Assembly (NCBI RefSeq): GCF_009834535.1
Contig: NC_045697.1
Coordinates: 55,802,001-55,866,000 of the forward strand
Length of the DNA stretch: 64,000 nt
Origin: Camelus ferus
Taxonomy: Eukaryota
Direction of reading: 5' to 3'
Shown: positions 52,795 through 64,000 of the stretch, in pieces
Layout: the number at the start of each line of letters is the position of its first letter
How positions within the stretch are numbered: position 1 is the stretch's first letter
Position numbers and translations under genes: made by a program
Notes under the pieces: generated by a model
Seen by the model: the letters and a program-made list of their open reading frames with translations, nothing else
What the model was told of the DNA's origin: nothing
The model's database searches: none

Positions 52795-55500
52795 CCATAT
52801 ATCCTGGACTTGGAGCTGAAGAAGTCAACAAACTTGAAATGCCAGCAAGCACAGCCTATGCCAAAGGACCAGGAACAGGCAGCCTAGTAAAAAAGAAAAC
52901 ATTTAGATAACACCTGGTCTATGTGAAACTAACCCCACAGAAAAATAATGTGGTTCCATTCCCATTCACACCAGTGGATGCTAAGTGAGGAGCATAAACT
53001 TTCACACTAAGGAAGAGAAAAGAGGTTAACTCACCAACTTGTCATACCCATAGAAACTGCATAGGAGCCTAAATTTGCAAGCTTACTAGGAAGCAACACA
53101 GTCACCATTCCATACCCACTGGAGTAGTGTCAGTGGAAGCCTATTGGAGTGTCATGAACTTCATCACCATCCAGAGTGTATGTAGTTGCCCCCATCCCCA
53201 TAGAGGATGTCAATAGAGATCTAGAGAGCCCTAGCTAGATATTTCCACTATTTACAGTCAGGGTGTTATCATCAGACACCTAGTGGACATTCAGAAATTC
53301 CACCCCCAGGAGCAATAATGAAAAGCTCTTACTCCCCTTAAGTGATAACAGATGCTTAGCAGGGAACTTAGATTTCTACTTCTACCTACAATACAAAGAA
53401 AAACCAAATGGAATATTTCAGAACTGAAAAATAGAATAACAACTCAAAACTCAGCTATTGTGTCAATAGCAGAATGAAGGGGAAAGAGGAAAGGATTAGT
53501 AAACTTGAAAATAGAATAATAGAAACTTCCCAATTTGAAAAATAGAAGTATATTGGAAAGAAAGAAAGGGAGAGAGGGAGTGAGGGAGAAAATAAGGCAG
53601 GGAGGGAGGGAGGAAGGAAGGAAGGAAGAAACAGACACTCTCAAGGACCTAGAGACTATGACAAAAGATTCAACTTTTTTTTTTTTAAAATCAGAGTTGC
53701 AGAGTAAAGGAGAAAGAGGGTGAAGCTGAAAAAGTACTTGAAAAAATAATGGTAAAAACTTCTTAAATTTAGCAAAATATATAAATCTAGAGATTCAAGA
53801 AGATGACCAATTCCAAAAAAATAAAACCAAATATATCTATAAGAAGACACATTACAGCAAAAATATTGTAAATGGAAGAAAGAGAAAAAATACTGAAAGC
53901 AGGGTGAGAAAAGATACACTACCTATAGGGAAAAAAACAATTCAAATGAATTTTTTTTTTACCAGAAACCATGGAGGCCAGAAGAAAGTAAGCACAATAT
54001 TTTCAAGTGCTGAAAAAATAGTCTAGTAAATCTGGAGATCTATAACAAGCAAAACTTTCCTTCAGGAGTGAAGGAGAAAGAAAGACGTTCTCAGAAGAAG
54101 GAAACCAAGAATGTTTGTTAGAAGACCTACCCTAAAAGAACAGCCAAAGGAATTTCTTGAAGTGGAAAGGGAATAATAAAACAAGGAGTCTTGGGACACC
54201 AGGAAGGAAAAATAGAAGAGGAGAAAAAGAAAAAAACAATGGGTAAATGCACACACTTACCTTTTCTACCTGAATATTCTAAATTACGTTTGATAGTTAA
54301 AATGAATTATAACAATGTATGATATGATTCTAAAAGCATGTGAAGAAGTATTTAAGATAATTTATATTATGAATGAGAGAGTATGGAGATATAAAAGCAA
54401 GTAAGGTTTCTAATCTTTATCTGAACTTGTAAAATGTCAACACCAGTAGACCATGATAAGTTTTGTATTTATAATGTAATATCTAGAGTGACAACTGTAA
54501 AATCTACATAATGATGTATGCTCCAAAACAATGTATGCAGAGTAAAACTGAATACTAAAAACATTCAAATGACGTGAAAAAAGCTTGAACCAGAAAAGAG
54601 AGAAGCAAAAAACACAAGGCCAATCAGAAAACAAAAAATAAAGTGAGAGACTCAAGCCCTAACTCGCCAATAATTATACTCAATATAAATGGTTTAAATA
54701 AATCAATGAAAAGGAAAACAGTGACAGAGCAGATTTAAAAAACACCACCCAACTATAAACAGTTTACAGGAAACTCATTTCAAATTTAATTTAATGGCAA
54801 AGCTACATTGAGTATAAAAGGATGAAAAAAATGTATAACATGAAACATTAATCAAAAGAAAGTAAAATTAGCTATATTAATGTCAGATAAAGTAGACCTC
54901 AGAGCAAATAAAATTACCACAGAAAGGAACACTACATAATAATGAAATCATCAATCCACCTAGAAGACATAGCGATCCTAAATATGTATGAAGCAAGAGA
55001 GCTGCCTAATGTGTGAAGCATAAACTGATAGAATTAAAGGGAGAAACAGACAAACCCATAAACATATTTAGAGATTTCAACGTTTCTCCCTCAACAATTG
55101 ATTGACCAAGTACACAGAAAATCAGCCATGACATCAATCTACAGGCTATAATTGACATTTATTGAATGCCTCCATCAAACAGCAGAAAATGCATTAAGAA
55201 CCCATTCAATACATACATATACTATATATTCCATTCTTGAAATGACAAAATTATAGAAATGGAGAACAGATTAGAGGTTGTTCATGATATGGAAATGGGC
55301 CAGTGGGTGTACTTATAAAAGGGCAACATGAGATTGAGAAATTCTGTGGTAATGGAAATCATGTATATCTTGACAGTATCACAGTCAATATCCTGGTTAT
55401 GATGTTGTACTATCGTAAGGTGTTATCACTGAAGGAAACTGGATAAAGAGTAGATGAGTATCTCTGTATTATTTCTTACAACAATTAGTTTTAAAAATTA
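52795..55500 (+). mobile_element. Internally deleted L1MD-type element (5' region, ORF1 remnant, ORF2 endonuclease start, then 3' UTR)
   Basis: 5' end atatcctggacttggagctgaagaag; ORF1-type ccagaaaccatggaggccagaagaaag; EN start ataattatactcaatataaatggtttaaat (IITLNxNGLN-like); 3' UTR ttcttgaaatgacaaaattatagaaatggagaacagattag...ctctgtattatttcttacaac. Confidence 0.8.
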
Positions 55501-58500
55501 CATCAATTCAATTATTTTTATCATTTCCTTTTATTTAAAAATGTAACCTTTTGTGGTGCAGTAATAATCTGTCTCACTTATTTAAATTAATTGAAATGAC
55601 CAAAACCATTAATAAACTCCAAAGGCAGATGGAATTTTTTTAAAAGTATGTTTGATTCTAGAATGGCTTATAAAAACATAGGTAGAAGTATGAAGTATAA
55701 TCACCTCAGTCTGATGGATGGGAAAATTTATCTAACTTTGAACTAAATTTTACTTTGGACCATTTGTAATGAAGTGTGCTTAAGTAAAGAACTTGAGAAT
55801 TTACCTTTAAAGTAGTGCTTCTATTTGTACTTTTGAAATTACCATCAAGCTAGGAACTTTGCTAAGAACAAACACTCAAGGATGAATCATCAACCATCTA
55901 GCAACTTTGATAAAATGAACAAAATCAGGGAAGACATTTGCAGAAAAATGTCCTAAGTTTCAGCTTTAGGAATATATTCCTTCAAGTATAATACTGAATA
56001 ATTTGCAAGCTTATTCTTTAAGGAGGTTTGATTCACACCTAAAAGCTTTGAAGAGCTTATCTTGATCATTACATGCAAACTATACTTAGTATAATTGTCT
56101 TAGAAACACTTCTTTTTCTCCGCATTTGAGCAGCATGGGATGCTACATTTTTCAGCACTCACAAGAGCTGCATTTTCATAAAAGAACTGAGCTCTGAATT
56201 TGGAATGCAGTTGCACAATTGGGCACAAAGACAACAAACCGGAATATTCTATAGCATGCAAGTACTGAGGTATCACAGTATAGGTCTTTCTCTTTGTCAG
56301 CTGTGAGGATAAGTGCCCTAAGCATGCTACTAAATTAGGTTGTGATCACCTTCAATTTTAGTTATAAGAGGTGCCAATAATTGCACTCATCCACCATTTC
56401 ACTTAGTAGAACCTACCTACTCTGATTTCCTTTGCTCTACCTTCCTCACCTTACTCACTCAATTCTGCACTACATATACATTCTCTATATAAATGAGAGA
56501 AAGCACCTCTAAGCCAATTCAAAATGACAATCATCACCAAAGAAGAAAATAGCTACTAAGTGAAGGCTCAATTCACCAGTTTGCTATCATCCACTGTAAA
56601 AATTTATAGATATTCAGATTTCATAAATTAAACTTCTCTACTTTTCATGTGTTCAAGGGATAATAATCTGTCCCTAAAAAGCTATCTTTAGCATTAATAT
56701 TCTGTGAATACTTTTCATGTTTGCATATGTTTCTTTCCCATCCCCCATCTTGCCATCCATTTTTAAGGGACCAACTGTAAACTTTAAACATGGAAAATAA
56801 TACTAAACAAAAAAAGTTAGCAATTTCTGTCCTGAAACTACAATCTCTTGGCATATTTTCCCCTTAAGTGTCGTGAATTTTGTGCCAGATTTAGATAATT
56901 GACAGAATTATGCATGTGTAGTGGCTTGGTGCCTTTTCTGTCATGTGAAATAGAACTTCTAAAATGTCTTAGGGCTCAGCCAGAAGCTTTAGCACATATT
57001 CTGCATAGGAAGTTGGACTCACTGTAGTCTTAAAGCAAGCCTGCTGGTGAATGAAGTCATAATTCTGTAAAAGTGAGGCCATTGCAGGCTAAAAAAGAAT
57101 AAAAGGGCTGTTGCTTTGAGACTGGCAAGCTGTAGGTCATAAACACATTGTTTAAAAACAAAGAAATCAACAGTTCAACACACAAAGAAAAGATGTAAAC
57201 CTGATGCTTTGAGAAACTCTTCACAGTGATAGTTTGCCTGCTTTTTGGATTTCACAGGAAAATTAAATAACTATTGTCTCTTTCACTCTATTTTATCAAA
57301 GTAAAAAAAAGTGGTCAATGGCCAATCATTTGAGTTATATTTTGCCACGCTTAACTTAAAATCAATCAGAAGAATGTTAATAATTTAGCATTTTATGGTG
57401 ATTGGACAGTGCGAACTTTACTCTGATTCTTTCCTACACAATATTTCACTATACATAACTTAAATAAACATATCATTCAAGAAATGAGCATTCAATCCCT
57501 AATATGATAAACCCATTGTATTCATAATAATTGGTTATATAATTTGCATAATTTTATTTCATTATGTCTTATTTTATATTTAACCATTCTACTTTTAAGT
57601 TTTTTGATCTACTTTTAAGTTCTATGATCTGAATAATGTTGCATTAGCTTAAACATATCAAGAGAAATTTGATTCTTCATCAGACAGGCTTTCTTATGTT
57701 CTAAATAAAGTCACAATCATCAAAGAAATTAATTAAAGGTAGCAAGTCACAGTATTTTATTGAGTATCTACTATATGTTCAATTTCATGCTATGCACTTG
57801 AGTGGATCAAAATACGTAAGATATACTCTTAGATTTCAGAGTGCTGACAACATATCAAAATAGTTAAACAATTGATAAATAATGTATTCAAGAAGAGAAG
57901 AAGGGACTCAGAAAAAAACAAAAAAAACAAAGAATATAATTTTCAGGGAAGAATAATTCAATTCCAATATTTATTTATGGATTTTTTTTCTCTCATTGTG
58001 CTAATTAGATCAAAAGAGGAATAACACATTGGTTTTGTTACTGCATACAGTCTATAAAAGAAACTGACAATAAGATAACTCCAAAATAGGTATGCTTATA
58101 AATAACTTGCTTATTATATAATATTATATAATTTACGTATGTATCTTATTATAGTGGTTCATGAGGTAGAGGATAATTTTGATTAGTGAAGCTATTAACC
58201 GTTTTAAAATCTGGGTCAGATACTGAAACATGGTAGAAATAAGAAACTGAAGTGGGGGGAGACATGGCAATCAGTAAAATAGTATGAATGGACAAATGAA
58301 GGCAAGTTCCAGGCATCTATAACAAAGAATAATGAGTCAAATTTAGCTATAGTATAGGCTACCCAGTATACAGTAGTGGGAGAAAAAAAATCTCAGGCAT
58401 TTACTTGGGTTATAATAAGGAATGCTTAAATCCCTGACCGAGAAGACTAAATGTCGACTAATGAAAATTGCTTTGTGTCATTCAGCTCTGTAACATAATA

Positions 58501-60274
58501 ATCCAAATTATTTCATAACTAGAATGCACTGCAATAACAAATTAAATAAAAAATGCAAACAAGTGTATTGTTTAAAAACCATTCACAAAGAAGTGTTGAA
58601 ATAATTTTAAATTATATATGATTCCAATCTAACACATTCAAGTAGTTACAAATTCAGGAAATTGTGCCTAATGAATTTTTGAAATTTGGGAAGAAAAAAA
58701 TGTGACATTTTTTCACATCTCTTATCACTTATATACACTGGGTACAGATTTTATTTGGTGTTCACTCACAGCATGATTAAAATGTCAAATTTTAATGTAA
58801 TCCAAACATACGGAAGAAAAGAAAGAAAACGAGAGCCAACGTAATCGGAAAGCTTAGTCCTAGACCTTCAGTTCAAACTTTTTCCCCAAGGCACAAGTTT
58901 AACTTTTTTTTTTTAAATCATGAAGCCTTGGGCTTTTTCTCATTGTTTAATTTATAGATAACTATAACATGCTCAGAAACAACAACAATAGAAAATATGA
59001 ACTGCATAAATCACATCTGATTGCTAGAGGGACTCATTTGGAGAATTTTAAACTCTTAAATTTATTGAAGAATAAGCAGCTTGACAGATACACTAAATGA
59101 ACTGAGTAAAGCAATTAATGTAGTTTCTATTTTCATTCATATCTTTCCCATACTCTTGATCTTGGACTTTTTTTTGACCAGAAGATGTCTTTTCTGATTG
59201 ATCAAAAGATAAATGGGAGAGAGTTTAAAATAACACAAGGGGGGTGTAAAAGGAAGGCAGAATATCATAACATTCTTAATAGAAACTATAAATTCAGTTG
59301 TATGTCTAATATACACTAATGGCATTGTTAAAAATATTATTCAATTGTGATTCTCACCCAGTGTTCCATAGTAACACTTGAAGATGTACTCAAAATTCAG
59401 CAGTCAGTTGTAGACTTCTGTACTGTCACCATGTGGCAAAATATGTTCAAAACTTTTTGTCCAATTTGAAGTCCAAGAATATGGGGGGAGGAGTAATTTT
59501 TATTCCTTTCCATATAAAATAAATGTTTAGTTACATTTATCAGATATCACAAACCTCATCTTTTCACACAAACTAGTCTTTAATACAGGTCATACAGTAG
59601 GTGAAAAAGTGTTATTTTTCCTGGGCTATTTATCTATTGTCATAAAGTATCTATTTTTCACAAAGCATTCTATTTTTCTCTAACATGGGTCACACAGTTG
59701 GTTAGAAGCTGTGATTTACCCCTAGGCTATCTATGTATACAAACCGGTAAAAAAAAAAAAAATCAACACAACCATATGTAGTGTACAAGAGTATGACGGA
59801 GAAATGATTAAAAATAATATTTTCATTTTTATTTCCTTTATGCTTCATTAGATCATCCATCAGACAATAAACTTTAATAAAACTGATTATTTCAAATGAC
59901 TACACATTTTTGGTCTTTCTGCCTACTGTCATGGCTCAGGTTTTCATAATTTACCATCTTGACTCCAATAACAATCTAGTTTCAGTTATTCCCATTACTT
60001 AGGAAATTTTCTTAAAGGTATAACTTGAACCCAGAGAATCAGAATACTTGTGTCTCATGCAAACAGAAGTTGCAGAATCAGTGACATAAAGAAAAATCAA
60101 TGACCTAAGAAAAAAGTCCAAATTTATTAATAATTGTTTACTAGCCTTCCTCATTTAGCTTTGCCTGTATCTCCAGTTTTTACCTTATCAATCCATACAG
60201 GCAAGTTCTAGTGGAAACAATTCCTTGTGTATCCCATTCTCTTATACTTTTGTTTTTTCATGTGTCCCTTTTCT

Positions 60275-61617
60275 TTTTTAACTTTTTTTAAAATTGAAGT
60301 ATAGTCAGTTTACAATATTGTGTCAATTTCTTGTGTACAGCACAGTGCTTCAGTCATACATGAATATACATACATTTGTTTTCGTATTCTTTTTCACCAT
60401 AGGCTACAAGATATTGAATATAATTCCCTGTGCTATACGTATAAACTTGTGTATCTATTTTATATAGACCAGTCAGTATCTGCAAATCTCGAACTCCCAA
60501 TTTATTCCTTCCCACCCCCATCCCCTCTGCTAACCATAAGTTTGTTTTCTATGTCTGTGAGTGTGTTTCTGTTTTAGTTCATTTGTTTTTTGTTTTTTTT
60601 TTTTTTGAAGATTCCACATATGAGTGGTATCATATGGTATTTTTCTTTCTGTTTTTGGCTTACTTCACTTAGAATGACATTCTCCAGGTCCATCCATGTT
60701 GCTGAAAATGGCATTATTTTATTATTCGTACAGCTGAGTAATATTCCATTGTATAAATATACCACAACTTCTTTATGCAGTCGTCTGTCTATGGACATTT
60801 AGGTTGTTTCCATGTCTCAGCTATTGTAAATAGTGCTGCTATGAACACTGGGGTGCAGGTGTCTTTTTGAATTAAGGTTTCCTCTGGGTATATGCCCAGG
60901 AGTGGGATTGCTGGATCATATGATAAGACTATTTTTAGTTTTATGAGGAATCTCCATACTGTTTTCTATAATGGCTGCACCAAATTGCATTCCTACCAGT
61001 AGTGTAGGAGGGTTCCCTTTTCTCCATACCCTCTCCAGCATTTATTGTTTGTGGACTTTTGAATGAAGGCCATTCTGACTGTGTGAGGTGATACCTCACT
61101 GTAGTTTTGATTTTCATTTCTCTGATAATTAGTGATACTGAGCATTTTCTCATATGCCTATTGGCCATTCATATGTTTTCATTGGAGAATTGCTTGTTTA
61201 GGTCTTCTCCCCCTTTTTGGATTGGGTTGTTTGTTCTTTTGTTATTTAGCTGTATGAGCTGTTTATATATTCTGGAAATCAAGCCCTTGTCAGTCTCATT
61301 TTTTGCAAATATTATCTCCTAATCTGCAGGTTGTCTTTTGTTTTTGCTTATCGTTACCTTTGCTGTGCAAAAGCTTGTAAGTTTAATTAGGTCCCATTTG
61401 TTTATTTTTGCTTTCATTTCTATTGCTCAGGTAGACTCTCCTAGGAGAACACTGCTGGGATGTATGTCAGATAATGCTCTGCCTATGTTTTCTTCTAGGA
61501 GATTCATTGTGTCTTGTCTTGTGTTTAAGTCTTTAAGCCATTTTGAGTTTATTTTTGTGTATGGGGTGAGGGAGTATTCTAACTTCATTGATTTACATGC
61601 AGCTGTCCAGTTTCTCA
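60275..61617 (-). mobile_element. 5'-truncated lineage-specific L1 (about 1.35 kb), antisense, with TSD
   Basis: Minus-strand ORF2 pieces ([50 protein letters not shown]) and a T-rich tail at about 60275-60290. TSD tgtcc(c/t)ttttct at 60263-60274 and 61618-61629. Confidence 0.95.
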
Positions 61618-61689
61618 TGTCCTTTTTCTATCACCCCAAACATTATTTTGGTAATTTCCTACTTTAACACTGATGCTTACCTCCAAAAG

Positions 61690-61850
61690 TCTTTATATAA
61701 CCTTCTATTATAGCATCCCTTTGTTTATCTACATACTTGTTCCCCTTGTTTTTCAGACCATGAACTATTAAAGCACAGGAAAGCTGCTTGATTTATTTGT
61801 GTACCCCAATAGCTAAGGTCAGTGTGTCATGTAAGTAGATCTTCAGTCTT
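61690..61850 (+). mobile_element. L2 3' fragment
   Basis: cagaccatgaactattaaagcacagg...tttatttgtgtaccccaatagctaagg...catgtaagtagatcttcagt. Confidence 0.55.
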
Positions 61851-62529
61851 ATTTTTTGGAAGGAAAGAATAAAACCTTCCAGAGTCACCTGGCCAGGTCA
61901 CACAGATCATATTTGTATTTTCAAAGCACTAGTGCCTTCTTCTACTGAAGAAAATGTCTATATGGTGATATAAATTTATTGTTCAAGTATGCATGACCCC
62001 AACTAGAGAGTGAGGTTCTTTTATGAAACAACTATCTTGTTTATTTATTTTGCCCATTACTTGAAACAGTGATTTACCCTAAATAGTGATATTCAGTGAT
62101 TACTCAATGATTTCTCAAATTCTCTGATTATTACAGCTAGGCCAATTATGAAGAAAATTATTTTCACAGCTGATTAACTGAGAATTATGAATTGTAAAAC
62201 AAGGTTTTCTTCTTTGCTTGTATAAATGGACTCTTAGTTGGACATCCTTTCATTGCATAGTGTCCATTGTAATACTTTAAGTTCATTAATTTGTTTACAT
62301 GACTTGCATATATGTCAGTTCCCTACCTTCAGTAATATGGAGTATAATGTTCATGACTACATAGGACAAGGCCCTCTTAAAATGAAAAGGTGCTATATTC
62401 TTCCAAATATAGTATAATCACATGCAGGAAAGAGACCACTAACATGTAAAATGGGCAATATCCAGAATAAAAGGTAATATCCAGAAACATATATATTTAT
62501 ATATCTATATATGCTTAGTCAAATTCCGT

Positions 62530-62720
62530 GTCTCTCACAAAGCTCTGTGACTTTGAGCACATTAACATTACCTTTCTTTGTCTCAGTTTCCTCAACTATA
62601 AAATGGAGTAAGTATTTTACCTAAGTCACTTAGTTACTGTATGGATGGAATTGATTAATTTATGTAAAACAACCTTACAAAACTTCCTCAAAGATATAAA
62701 ATACTCATAAATATAAAGTA
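62530..62720 (+). mobile_element. MIR SINE
   Basis: gctctgtgactttgagcac...tttgtctcagtttcctcaactataaaatggag is the MIR core. Confidence 0.85.
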
Positions 62721-63334
62721 TCATTAATTGGCTGGTTCAAATCAACACATTGTGGGCTCTGCTGACCTGAATGATCCTCCTTGGGAAGATCTTTAGTTTT
62801 AAATGCATATTTCAGTATTTCAAATGAGAACATTTCATGTTCTTAAATGCCATCTTTACCTTTGTCAAACACCTAAATAAGTACAATAATTTCATATGCT
62901 ATATTAAAATACAGTATTATTAATGACTAATTATATACTATTAGTTATATATATATAACTAATAATATTAGTAGTCATAATAGTTACTAACTAGGTAGAT
63001 ATATACCACATTTGAAAGAGTTGAGAGATGGATATAGTTAAGCATAAAAAAAGATATTTCAGTTTTCACACTGGAAAATCTTAAATTGTCTGGATTTTGT
63101 TCTTTCATAACTGAAATTTCCTGAGTTAATAAGAGTACTTCAAAACGATGGCCTAATATCAAATTTGCAATAAAATACGTATTTTATTTGCAATTTAAGA
63201 AAGGCCAAAATAAAAATCTTTCTTATTTGATCAGATTGTTAAGTGCCAAATAATATCTGACATTCTTTAAAGGTTCATACAAACTTTAAATAAGAAAAAT
63301 CCACAAACTTAAACGGTTGCCTAATGTTAACACT

Positions 63335-63428
63335 ATTGATAATAATAGTAATAATAAAAAATATATAATATATAATGTATATAATAATAAAACTAATAAT
63401 AGCATTAATAATAAAACTATTAATATAA
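63335..63428. repeat. AT-rich low-complexity (TAA-like) tract
   Basis: Direct reading. Confidence 0.75.
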
Positions 63429-64000
63429 AGACATCCTTATTGAATAAAAATTAGCACATTTCTAAAATATGCTTTAAAATATTTCAACTCAACTTGAAAT
63501 TATTAAATTTTATATTGATATTCAAGTTTTGATAACACTGAATACCTGTGCCAAAGAGACAAAGGCCTCCTTCAGCCTGTTAAATTTGTATAAGAAATAA
63601 GATAAAAGCAGTATCTCAAGTCAGATCTCTCCCAAATGCATGCTTTTGGCATGTGAACATAAAAGCAAATGCAAGAAAAAAGAAAAAAGGAAGAACTGAA
63701 CATTTAAGGCTGCTTACTGATAATCACTCTGTTTTAATGTCTTCAAAATAAAAATATACTTGTGCTAAATCTAATTATTCTGCTTTAAAAGAGAGATTAG
63801 AAGAAAAGACAATTTTCCAACTTTTGACAGGATTTATTTTGATTTTATATTTTCCATATAATAGGTGTTTAGTAAATGCTGAGTTTAATAATATGACCTA
63901 ACCATCTTAAAAATTCATTCTGAATCGTGAAGAATCCCCCATTATGAGTGTCATCTTTCTGTATTTTTCTCTTTGAGGAATGCCTAAGTGAATCTTGATA

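Noticed and set aside
1..64000. CRISPR array, operon, tRNA/rRNA or CpG-island promoter
   Set aside because: No regularly spaced repeat-spacer units, long non-repeat ORFs, RNA-gene signatures or CpG island. The sequence is typical repeat-rich mammalian DNA.

Overview
AT-rich, CpG-depleted mammalian genomic DNA, intergenic or deep intronic. No protein-coding gene, RNA gene, CRISPR array or prokaryotic system can be supported. The ORFs longer than about 100 aa are mostly LINE-1 ORF2 remnants or antisense/shadow frames of repeats. Much of the window is recognisable transposable-element debris. This includes ancient L1ME/L1MC/L1MD/L1MB/L1MA-type LINEs, L2, MIR, MaLR/ERVL LTRs and a hAT MITE. It also includes several young lineage-specific L1 insertions with visible poly(A) tails and target-site duplications (TSDs). 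The young L1 3' UTRs resemble camelid (alpaca/camel-type) L1, and I saw no Alu, B1/B2, Bov-A/BovB, PRE-1 or Can-SINE, so a camelid source is my inference only. The most notable structures are: a four-layer nested L1 complex at about 31-35.4 kb with a mosaic repair-like junction; an inverted pair of near-identical young L1 ends; a set of ultra-short TSD-flanked L1 tails; an internally deleted L1MD-type element; an exact 22-bp match 43.5 kb apart at a repeat junction; and a few CpG-retaining unique segments and splice-site-flanked micro-exon candidates. Repeat subfamily names were assigned by eye from memory of consensus sequences and need RepeatMasker/Dfam confirmation. I did not find a convincing novel biological system.
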